Shown piece after piece: positions 50,546-64,000 of a stretch of 64,000 nucleotides of DNA; position 1 is the first letter of the stretch, and the number at the start of each line of letters is the position of its first letter. Source of the DNA: the human T2T-CHM13v2.0 reference genome, Homo sapiens. Under the pieces are notes generated by a model that made no database searches, had not been told where the DNA came from, and saw only the letters and a program-made list of their open reading frames with translations. Made by a program: the position numbers and the translations under genes. The stretch lies in NCBI RefSeq assembly GCF_009914755.1, contig NC_060936.1; one strand, 5' to 3'.

Positions 50546-50798
50546 GGCCGGGCGCGGTGGCTCACGCCGGTAATCCCAGCACTTTGGGAGGCCGAGGCGG
50601 GCGGATCACGAGGTCAGGAGATCGAGACCATCCTGGCTAACACGGTGAAACCCCATCTCTACTAAAAATACAAAAAATTAGCTGGGCGAGGTGGTGGGCG
50701 CCTGTAGTCCCAGCTACGCGGGAGGCTGAGGCAGGAGAATGGCGTGAACCCCGGGGGGCAGAGCCTGCAGTGAGCCGAGATCGCGCCACTGCACTCCA
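50546..50798 (+). mobile_element. Young AluY-subfamily element truncated at its 3' end
   Basis: CpG-rich, near-consensus AluY that stops at cactgcactcca with no tail. Confidence 0.9.
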
Positions 50799-51721
50799 TA
50801 GAAGCTCTCTCCCCTCCCCACAAACTCTGAGTCACTCAGCTTGAGCTCAGGAATGATTTCAGATGTCTAAACAGGTCATTTGCAGGGTCTGGGTAGTCTG
50901 CCCACAGAGGAGGTAAAAGCTCTGGCTCAATCTTGAACCATTGCAAATTTAAGCCAGTGGATCTGAAGGCAATTGAGTTCTGTTCTGCCACTCCAGCTCG
51001 GGCAGGACAGCTGCTTCCCTGAAACAGGGCCCTCTGAGGTTAGATGTACAGCCTCAGTGGGCATCAGTGTCATGAATAGCCGCTCCTCATTTGGCAGCAG
51101 TAACTATCCAGAGACAAAGGATAGGATTCGGGATAACCGTGGTCATAAGCTAGAAGTCTCCAGAGTCCTTAGAGGAATTTGAAAACTGAACAGAATTTTT
51201 TTCTTTCCACACTGTGTCAGGGCTTTAGCAAAGGAGTTCTGTTGTGACAATTGTCTGGGTAACATCTGCCTACTGTTTTTTGTTTTGTTTTGTTTTGTTT
51301 TGTTTTCCTGATCTGTAGTCCATCTTGCTTAACAGTGCCCAAGGGCACAAGCTTCACACTGTTAATAGTTTTACTCTTAACACCTCCTTGGCTCCTTTGT
51401 CCCAAGAAGGTGAGATCCCACTTCCAGGTGATCTCCTGCAGGACTTTTCCCTGAGCCTCTAACCCATTTCTAGCCCATATTTCCCCCTCAAGAACAATAA
51501 TTCAGTAATGTTTTCAGTTCTCCTGAAACAATCCCAAATTTTGGATTTTTTCTTAATGTTGAATTATAAGAGTTATTGATATATTCATTCTGGATGTAAG
51601 ACTGTCATTTGATATATAGTGAAATTTTTTCTTTCTTTGTTTATTTTTGCCCATTATTTTCATAGGGAATAAAATATTATGAAATGTTCTCAGTCTGCTG
51701 CTTGCCTTTTCATTTTATTTC

Positions 51722-52354
<633 letters not shown>

Positions 52355-52436
52355 TAATGGTATCTTTTTAAGAGAAGTTTTTAGTTTTGATGAAAATCAA
52401 TTTAACCATTTTTATTTTATGGTTAACACTTTTTGA

Positions 52437-52766
<330 letters not shown>

Positions 52767-54318
52767 CAAGGTAGCAAAGATTTTTCTCCTATATTTTCTT
52801 CTAGAAGTTTTATAGTTTTAGCTTCCATATTTAGGTCTGTGATCCATTCCATATTAATTTCTTGTGTATGCACTGTGAGATGTAAGGCTCCAGGTTCATT
52901 CTTTCTCTTTGTGGATATCTAGATATTCTAGCACAAATTGTTGAAAAACTTTTTTCCCCCATTAAATTGCCTTGAGATCTTTGTAACAACAATAAAAAAA
53001 TCAATTAACAATATATTTTTAGATCATTTTTACACTGTCTTTTGTTTTATGGATCTGTGTGTCTCTATGCCAGCACCACACTATCCTGATTACTGTAGTT
53101 TTATAGTAAGTCCTGAAATCAAGTACTGTAAGTCTTCAAACTTTGTTCTTTCAATTATTTTGGCCATTCTGTGTACTAAGAATCAGCTTACCAATTCCTG
53201 TAAAACAATGCCTTCTAGACTTTTTACTTGGATTGCAAATGAACCTCTTAATCAATTTGGCAAGCATCAGCACCTTGACCGTGTTGAATCTGACAATCCA
53301 TGAACATGATATACTTCATTTCTTGAGATCCCTTTTAGTTTTTCAGAGCGATGTTTTGTAATATCAGTGTACAGATCTTATACATATTTTGCTGAATTTT
53401 TCCCTAAGTATTTCATGTTGCCGACGCAGTTGTAAATAGTATTCTTTTATTCCACTGTCCTGTCATTCATTGTTATGTAGAAATACAATTGATTTCTGTA
53501 TGCTGACCATGTATCTTGCAGCCTTGCTAACTTCACTTTAGTAGTTTTTAGTAGATTTTTAAAGATTTTCTAAGTGTATTATCATGTCATCTGCAGATAA
53601 AGACCCTTTTGCTTATTCCTTTCTAATTTCTTTGCCTTTTACTTAATTTATTGCATTGGCTACTGCATATAGTACAATGTTGAATAGAGGTGGTAAGAGT
53701 GTAGACATGCTTGCCTTGTTCCTAATCTTAGGGAGAAAAGTGTCTTTCACCAATAACCGTATTGTCAGCTGGAAGTTTTTCATAGATGCACTTTATCAGG
53801 TTGAGGAAGTTTCCTTCTGTTCCTACTTTGCTGAAAATTTCCATAATAAATGCATGTTCAGTTTTTTGAGTGCTTTTTCTTATATCCATTGAGACAATCA
53901 TAGATTTCTAACCTCTATTCTGTTGAAATGGCAAGTTACTTTGATTGATTTTTCAGATGTCGAAAAAGTGTGTCTCCTTGACATAAGCATTGCTTGGTCA
54001 TAATGTATTATCCTTTTTGTATATTTCTGGATTTTATTTGTTAATATTTTGAGTTCATGTACTGAGTGGACCAGCCAAGTAGGCAGATGGGCCCGCACCA
54101 TCCATATAAGGTATTTGGAACAACTTTGAGCACATTCTACAGATGCCTAATAACCTTAGTGAGGCCTGCAGTTCTATGCTCAAATAACCTCCCCTTCTTT
54201 TTCACTTGTCCTTTGAAATGGACTGCCCCAGAGATGGTATATGAATCTGTAGGGCAAAGTTTGAAGTATGAGCTTGAGTAAATGATGAGTTCCTTGAAGA
54301 CAAAGGCTTTATTGCATT

Positions 54319-54630
54319 CTTTTTTTTTTTTTTTTTTTCCCCCTGGGATAGGGCCTTGCTCTTTTTTTCCAGGCTGGAGTGTAGCGGTGTGATCACAGCT
54401 CACTGCAGCCTGGACCTCCTGAGAGCAAGCAATTTTCTCACCTCAGCCTCTGGAGCAGGTGGGACTACAGGTGTGTTCCATCACACCTGGCTAATTTTTA
54501 TTTTATTTTTTGTAGAGATGAGGACTCAGTGTGTCGTCGTGGCTGCTCTTGAGTTCCTGGGCTCAAGTGGTCCTCCTACCTCAGCCTCCCAAAGTACTGA
54601 GATGACAAGCATGAACCACCGCACCTGGCC
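54319..54630 (-). mobile_element. AluJ-like
   Basis: Diverged Alu dimer; TSD-like gcattc. Confidence 0.82.
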
Positions 54631-54639
54631 AGCATTCCT

Positions 54640-55000
54640 ATCTGTCAGTATAAGATTATATTAACTAGTGTTACAGAAACCCCAAATGATGGTGGCTTAT
54701 ACAAAATGAAAGTTTATTCGTCTCTCTCAGGCCTGGTCTCCTCTTACACATAAACATCCTCATGGACCCAGGCTGCTTCTAGCTCATGATCTGCCAACTC
54801 AAAGATGTAACCTTCATTATTCTCATGGTCTACATGGGGTGCACCTGCATTTCAGCAGCAGCAGAGTGGAGGAGGGGACAGTGAAGAAGAGAAGCAACAA
54901 AGAGTGCATGCCGGCTGCCTTTCCAGGAAGGTGCCTGGAAGCTGCCAGGAGAGACTTCTGCATGCACACACCACTGATTATAACTTGGTCATGTGTCACG
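54640..55000. mobile_element. Old MaLR LTR (MLT1-like)
   Basis: tatctgtcag...tgttacagaaaccccaaat...gtggcttatacaa...gtttattc...cttggtcatgtgtcac. Confidence 0.5.
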
Positions 55001-55788
55001 GCAAGGCGAGGGTTTTGAGGCAAGAGTTGTGGAGAATAAAGAGTTGTTCACTTTCTATTTGAAAATCAGCTAGTTTATTCATTTAATTTTTCTTAAGTTC
55101 CTGAAACAAAGTTATTTGCAATTTATATGTTTCTGGGCCTGAGTTTCCTGGAATAGTAAAGTCATGTTAACAGAAACAGTGGAAAAGAAAATTCATGTTA
55201 ATGTACACGGTAAGCTGTGTGGGTGTAAGTAGTTTTGGTTCTCAATATCTATCCTAGGACCTCGCATAGTGCATGGCACATGGCACGTGATGCTACTCAA
55301 TAACTGTCTGTTGCCTGTGTGGTAATAGCTCACACTTACCCAGTGCTCACTGTGTGCTGGGCAGGATGATAATGTTCTCCTTGCAGAATCTCATTTAATC
55401 CTCAGGACAGTCTTTTAAGTGGCCACTCTTGTTATCCCCACTACCTTGCAGATGAGGAAACTGAGGCTTACGTATATTTTCATTCATTTATTCAACAAAT
55501 ATTTATTCAGGACCTGCTATGTGCTGGGTACTGGAGATATAGCAGGGTTTAAAGCACACCAAATCCTTGCTCTCATGGAATCAGCCTTCTGGGTAATTTT
55601 CTAAAATCACATAGATACTGGGTCGAGGGTAGCCCTTAAACCTAGGTGGTCTGACTCCTGAACTTGCAATCTTAACCGTTGTTTTATTGGTAGATGAATG
55701 GATTGATGAGTGTGGTGAACAAAAATTGTGACTATCCATTTCACAAACAGCTTCGTGGTTGCCCTTTAGCTCCAGCTTGGATGGTTAG

Positions 55789-56168
<380 letters not shown>

Positions 56169-57987
56169 TAGGTGATATCATAACACCTCTGCTTATCCAG
56201 AAGACAATTAGTATATATGTTATCTTGTTAGAATCCATGTGCCAAAAATAGAAATAGGAAAGGCAAATAAGGATATATCCCTAGATTGTCAAAATGGTGA
56301 TTCAGAATTGTGTGAGATACTGGTTTACTGCCTACAGTCACATCAAATGTGTTACAATGAGCATGTGTCTGGGGGTTCGTGGAGTAAAGGTAGGGATTAT
56401 GGATCAAGGACAATGTTACCTCAAGAGCAAAGGTCAGAGACATCAAAAATAGGCATCAACAGTTTTACCATCCTTTTCCAGATAGTCCATTGTTGCTTGC
56501 ACCAAGTTGAGACTTTCTTTGCAACAAAGAATGGGGGAAACATTTAAAAGGTAATAACTTTCCCTACATGTGATCTAGTCTTCTTTAATGCAGTGCCACG
56601 TGCCAACAAAAGTCTCATAAAGCACCAGTGATACAGGGTCTTGCCCAGGAAATATGTGTAAAAGAGGGGAGCTGCTGGACTTCGGAGAGCTGGGGTCCAG
56701 TGTAGGTTCTGTCACTGTGAGATCTTCAAAGTCACGCAAACTCAAGTTTCCTCTTGCGGTTTTTTTCTTCCATGGAGCATAATGGAAGTAAGACATGATG
56801 TCAGCACGCATGAACAACCTGTTTGAACTCAGTGTGCTCATCTCAGCATTAACAGAAAGTGCCTTTACAAAAGCTTTGGAGACATTAAACACGGGCCCCA
56901 GCTGGATGTGGAAACATGTAGGGAAGTACATGCCATTTGACAAGTACCTGTGAAGATGGCTGTGAACAGTCTTCATCAGGTGTGAATCGGGGATGGATTG
57001 ACTGCCAAGGACTTTAGACTTGATAAGTTAGAGCCTTGGAGGCCATTTCAGATAGAAACTCTTCAAGCATCTATCTAGTCTGGTAGGGTTGCGGGGTGGA
57101 GGGCCAGGAATGCCCTGCCAAGTAAAATGTGATGCCCGAGAAGGTTCCCAATTCAGGATTCCACCTGGCTCCCACGAGCCCCGCTGTCTCTCAGGTGTGT
57201 GGAGTGTTTCTCAGTGCTCATTGCAAGGCCACCCTGAAAAGGCCCAGCGGGTGACTGTCAGGACCACAGGACTCTCCTGGCTCACTACTTCCAAAGTGCT
57301 GAGCGCCAGACAGGGCTGCAGAGAACCCCGGAAAGTGTGCATTGTTTCCACATTATTTGGAGTTTCTCACTCCCATGTTTTTTTTTTTTTCTCTTCTCCT
57401 TCTCCCCGTGCCCAACTAGCTGCTCCTCCTGCCCTGCAGGCACTCAAGCAAGAGGCCCGCCAGAGGACAGCAACACTGATGTGCTTCGGTCGCCTCCCGC
57501 CCCTCCTGCCCTCCCCACAGATGATAGCAAAAGGGAAATTATTTTTTCTTGGGGCTGGCTTTGGTCCCCCGTGTTTTCATGAGTTTGTTTTTGTGTCTCT
57601 CGAAGCCATTTTCAGAGGCTCTCTGGTACCGGGTGTTGAGCCCTTGTCCTGATGCAAGGTCGGGAAGGGGCGTGCTCCAGGAATAAACCAGAAGGAAGGG
57701 CTGGAGGAGCCTGGGAACCTTGGGATAGGAGTGTGGGCCTCAGTAGTTGAGCTGTTTTCTCCTGGCCTGGGAAAGAAACAAGGGGTGAGGGGGTGGAAGT
57801 GGGGTCCATGCTGAGGAAGGGGTGCAAGTGCCCAACACGATGGCGGTCTCTCTCTCTATTTTTATCTGGGTGATGGGTACTAAAGAGCCTCTGTAAGGGG
57901 AAGAGAAGAAGTCACGCAAGGGCAGCCCAGAGCCCGCAGTTTCTTTAATGGGGGAGAAGGGCACATGAGATAGTCCTCACAGTTTGA

Positions 57988-58377
<390 letters not shown>

Positions 58378-58720
58378 TGACAGAGCCAGATTCAGCCTTG
58401 GCCTGACTGATTTCCACATCCAGAATTCCCCTCATATAGGGAGATAGAAATCTCAGGATCTCAACAAGGTACAAATAACGCACATTCCCAGAACATAGAG
58501 CCAGGGACAGTCCCCTCTCAGTTCTCTTCTAAAGGTGGTTCTGGCACAACAGTTGATAAAGCTGTGTCCCTGAAGGGCTTTTTAGCCCTGGGTGCTTCCT
58601 GTAAAACTTGTCAGCTTCCACTGGATCTGCGGGACTGTGTCCCTCACAGGCTGGACACCCGGCCCTGCGGAGAGGACTTGATTAAACAAGGTATAATGTA
58701 CTTCTCTTTCCCATCCACAG

Positions 58721-58951
58721 ATGGATCTGTCTGTAGAAACTCTGTTCAGCTTCATGCAGGAGCGCCAGAAAAGATACGCCAAGTATGCCGAGCAGATCCA
58801 GAAAGTGAACGAGATGTCCGCCATCCTCCGCCGCATACAGATGGGCATCGACCAGACTGTGCCCCTGCTGGACAGGCTCAACAGCATGCTGCCCGAGGGC
58901 GAGCGGCTGGAGCCCTTCAGCATGAAGCCCGACCGCGAGCTCAGGCTGTAG
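58721..58951 (+). CDS. BORCS5: BORCS5 last coding exon ([76 protein letters not shown])
   Basis: Acceptor cttctctttcccatccacAG ends at 58720. ORF 58721-58951 ends in TAG, is GC/CpG-rich with coding-like usage, and matches the recalled BORCS5 C-terminal coiled-coil. Confidence 0.97.
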
Positions 58952-59289
58952 CTGCCGCCCGGCCTGCCTGGGGCTGGGAGCCCCAGACACCGACACCCTG
59001 AGGACGTGTGGAGCTAAGGTCATATCATCTGACCAGGTCTGGAGGCTGGCGGGAGGCTCCCTGAAAGTGGGTGCGAAGGAGTCCGGCTGGCATGAAAATC
59101 TGACTTTGCCCAGCTCTTTTCCTTGATGCAGTTTCCCGGTGTGGAAGGAACCTAACCAGTTCTCGGTGATAACTGAAGCTGGAACGTGTGAATTATTAGG
59201 AATTCTTTGAAGAACTCTGCATTGAGAATTATTTTTATTTAGTTTTTTTTTTTTTTAATTGAGAGTATATAGTCCAGTCCAGGTACCGG

Positions 59290-59295
59290 AATAAA
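59290..59295 (+). promoter_or_regulatory. Candidate proximal polyadenylation signal AATAAA
   Basis: Canonical hexamer ~340 nt after the stop codon, with a U-rich tract upstream (59230-59260). Confidence 0.35.
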
Positions 59296-60055
59296 AATAT
59301 GGAGACAAGGGGAAAATATTTTACGAAGCTCTGTGTTCTCAACGCCCTCATGAACTTTTCAGTAGGCTGTCTGGTTTATGTGTGGTCAACTTGAAAAACT
59401 AATTGAATCTAGGTCTCTGTATTGTTCCTGTTTCTACCCTGACTGTTTCCGTCACACCAAGCCCTTATCTGGGGCGCGTCTTCCTGCCCAGGTGGAACAC
59501 TGGCATTTTGTTGACTGTCAGGTTAGGTGTCCCTTAGTCGTCATCAGAAGCTGAAGCCTTCCTTTCCACACCCTCATCAGATTCATCTCCACTGATAACC
59601 GGTTTCCTTGATGCAGACATAGTTTAGCTTTCTTTGACTGCAGAGATGTCTCATTCCACAGACATTTCTTGAACCCATTTGATGTGTCCAATATTGTGCC
59701 AGGGATACAAATATGGCCGTATAGCCTCAGGCCTTCATTTCTGAAAAGAAAAAAGCTCAAAAAGCTGCTGAATTTCTCTGGGAGTTTAGGAAAGGAAGTT
59801 ATTTGAGTAACAACAAAAGTGCTTAGTGTCGTACTTTACACATCATAGGTGTTCTAATGGAAGCAAGGACTGGAGAAGCAAAGAGTGGAATGTGAGGAGC
59901 AGACCTAGGCAGACACCTTGAGACTAAAAGTCAGAGCTGAAGGGAGTCGCTGGGGCCAGGACGGCATGCAGGCCTGTACCCTGTTCCCTAAGTTCCTGCA
60001 AGCGTCGGGAGGTGTGTTTTCAGATACCAGAAAGAGCCTTCAGTAGATTCACAAG

Positions 60056-60061
60056 ATTAAA
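60056..60061 (+). promoter_or_regulatory. Candidate polyadenylation signal ATTAAA
   Basis: Hexamer ~1.1 kb after the stop codon with a T/GT-rich sequence downstream. Confidence 0.5.
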
Positions 60062-60117
60062 ATTGATGCGCTTAATTTAATGTATCTTGGCTAAACTTGA
60101 TCTGATTCTAATCTTGG

Positions 60118-60275
60118 TTTGAGACAGGGTCTTGTGCTGTTGCTCAGGCTGGAGTGCAGTGGCGCAATCATAGCACACTGACTCCTCAAACTCCCGGGCT
60201 CCGGGGATCCTCACGCCTCAGACTCCTGAGTAGCTGGGATTACAGGTGTGTGCCACCAAATCCAGCTAATTAAAA
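60118..60275 (-). mobile_element. Partial AluJ (right arm)
   Basis: Alu right-arm match. Confidence 0.8.
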
Positions 60276-60842
60276 AAAATTAATTAATTTTACATTTTCA
60301 AATTCAAAAGAATAATACAATGAATATTCATATTTCTTTCACCTAGATTGACAAAAAGTGGTATATTTAAGACATCACCATCATTGTCTTTCTTCTGGAG
60401 TATACAGAACCCGGTTCTGAACACAGGGATATGTTTGTAGCTTCGAGGAATGAAGGGCTGTTTACAGAGCTACAAAAATAGCTTAGGTGCCATTATCCTC
60501 ACTGCACTTAATACAGGTGACACATGAAAGCACAGAGTGGGTGGCAGTTCAAGCCTGCGAGGGCCGAGCCTTTCCACTGCTGCAGCTGTTAGTGGCTGGC
60601 ACAGGGCAGGATGGCAGACCTAGTGCAGCACAAACAAACCACGCAGTCAGCCAGCTCTCCAGCCAACTGTGTCTACTTCTAAAGTAGAAGTTAGACAAAA
60701 CATGGGGTTCACTTAGATTGGGGTCCTGAGTAGGTGATAGGCTACTTATTACTGGGTGGAAGCGGAGAAGTATGGCAGAAGAACAATAGGCAAATTCAAT
60801 ACTCCCGGAAAGAATTCTAGTTAGTTTAATATTTTGATGGCA

Positions 60843-61480
60843 TGTTGTGGTTTCTGCAGTGTCGTGAACTTGGCTAAACTGAACTGTGTTCCCAGAATTC
60901 CCTTCCTTGTTTGTTTCTCTGGTGAGGGTTGGCCACGAGAGAGATTTGCATGAGGTTTGGAAGTGGAAGTAGAGCAACAGCCATGCGTATTCACTGGAAG
61001 TGGATGTAGGTCAGGCCCTGTTCCATCACGTGCACGTTACCATGGATCTCCTGCACTTGTGGTGTGGGCAGCCGCTGGGCCCACGGCTCCTCCCACTCCC
61101 GCAGAACTCTGCCTTTGGCTTTTCCAGACCCTGGGCCGGGTATGAGAACCAGCTTCTTGGTCTGCAGCCACAAGGATGAAGGTTTGGGGATGAGAGACCA
61201 GCACGGGCTCTGATGAGAGACAGGTGCAGGTCCCAGCTTGTGGCTTGCAGGTCTCAGTCGTACTTGCTCTCCCTCACCATCCTTTCCAACCGCCTGGCCT
61301 GTGGTCTGGTGAAGAAGAAACAGCCGAACCGAGACTTTCACCAGCCCCTCTAATTGCTCAAACCGCTTTCACAATCCTCTCTTTCTACATCATTCCTAGT
61401 GGTTCTTTTCTGATGGAACCTCTGACTGGTAACATGGCATTACCAGTCCTTTCCCTCTCATGTTTTGCTATTTCCTGATG
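60843..61480. mobile_element. Old ERVL-type LTR (MLT2-like), boundaries uncertain
   Basis: tgttgtggttt...aacttggctaaactgaactgtgttcccagaattcccttcc start and ttttctgatggaacctctgact-like end. Confidence 0.45.
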
Positions 61481-62231
61481 GAACCTGGGAGTCTGAGTGA
61501 TTTGTATTTCAAGAAGCAGTTATGCTGGATCTCTTTGTTGGTTAATACCCCATGACCTATCTGGCCGTTATGGGATATTTCAGGGATAGGAGTTGTGAAA
61601 GAGCCCTTGGCTGGACGTTTCTAGCCTTAATCTTTGGCAAGCCATTTCATTTCCCTGAGCCTCAGTTTCCGCCTTCCTACAGCGTGAGCAGGTCTGGGTG
61701 GGCTCTCAAGCCCCTTTCAGCTCTAAGATTCCAAGTCTGTGATTCCGATACATCTTGACTACAATGAGCGTGTTTACCTTTTGTCTCTGAGCAGTGGCCC
61801 TGGGTCTTGGTAGTGACTAAATTCCGAGCTCCCAAGGTGCAGCTGCTTTTCTTCCTTTTAATTATAAATTAGCTGTTCATTGGCTGCTTCTTTCTAGAGC
61901 CTGTTTTGCTTATCTTGCAATCTGTTCATTTCTGTTGATGAACACAGTCAAATAGGCCTCTATGTGCAGTCTCCTGGTTTCCCTGGTCAAAGTGGAAGGT
62001 TGGTAGAAACTGGCCTTCATGTCTTTGTTTCCCTCAAAGTTTTATTCTTAGTAACGCTATATATGGTTTTATAGACCACACATATATAGTTTCCTGTGTC
62101 TTAGATGATAACATCCTTAAAATATGAAATATATTTTGAACCTAGATACCTACCCAGTATTCTCTGCACAGAGTAAACATTTCATTAAATGAGTTTCAAG
62201 GACTCCATACCCTGATATAGGAGTACATTCA

Positions 62232-62700
<469 letters not shown>

Positions 62701-63135
62701 TTACAAGGTTACATAAACTAATGGCCCTGGGGCGAATGACGTATGCCACTTTTGTGTTGATTTGTAGAACTTACTTAGCTTTGGCATTTCCCCTAGTAAT
62801 TCCCAAGGCAAAACCAGGAATTGTCAGAGACGTGACCAGACATGTATTAAAATTCTAGTGCAATTGGGAAACTTGGTCTTCCTGATTTGTTTATACTTCA
62901 GCCAAACCCAGATATATAGTGCTCAGCAGAAATTATTCAAAATGTTGATACTCAAGATTGAAGGATGGATTAGGGAGAAATGAAAACTTTTCTTCTTGTG
63001 GACTTTTTAGGTATGAAATTTAATCACGAGAGTAGTTTTGCTTTTCTTTCCCTGACCTTTCGCTTCATTCCTTTGTTAAGAACTATATAGTGCCTCTGAG
63101 GAGGTGGCATTATTGTTCACTAACTTACCATAAAT

Positions 63136-63822
<687 letters not shown>

Positions 63823-64000
63823 TCATAAATAACATTGAATTTCATGTGGGTTTTTTTTTTTTTTGACACACCAGGCATGTCTCTTCCATTCAAATGCTAT
63901 GGCTACAGAGGGAAAGGGTAGCCAGATAATTATCCACATGCTTCAAACCAAAAAGATAAAAAAGTTGGCAACTAGATCTAGTTGCCTGCCAGGATGACCA

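Noticed and set aside
56575-56976. 133-aa minus-strand ORF
   Set aside because: No recognisable homology or supporting signals; its length is compatible with chance.
57089-57652. 187-aa plus-strand ORF
   Set aside because: Non-ATG start, runs through a polyT tract, no recognisable domain or exon boundaries.
62057-62089. 9-bp AT-rich inverted repeat ctatatatg/catatatag
   Set aside because: Low-complexity TA sequence that is self-complementary by composition.

Overview
Human-like (primate) genomic DNA covering the 3' half of BORCS5 (LOH12CR1/myrlysin, BORC complex subunit) on the + strand. It holds one 158-nt internal coding exon (28773-28930), a ~29.8 kb intron, the last coding exon (58721-58951) and 3' UTR. 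The rest is intronic and dominated by transposable elements. The first ~18.8 kb is one antisense nest: an old L1M fragment interrupted by a near full-length old L1M, which in turn carries two 5'-truncated L1PA copies, a composite SVA, many Alus and a tiny polyadenylated LTR retrocopy. The next intron holds an AP3S1 processed pseudogene that appears to derive from an exon-skipped mRNA, THE1/MLT LTRs, hAT DNA transposons, MIR/L2 and Alus. There is no CRISPR array, rRNA or tRNA. The most notable items are the exon-skipped AP3S1 retrocopy, the two-tailed SVA, an unexplained 77-bp diverged duplicated cassette, several local inverted template-switch scars (one forms a pre-miRNA-sized hairpin) and an open alternative frame in the last BORCS5 exon. 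I see no convincing wholly new biological system. Repeat subfamily names and parent-gene exon structures are recalled, not searched.
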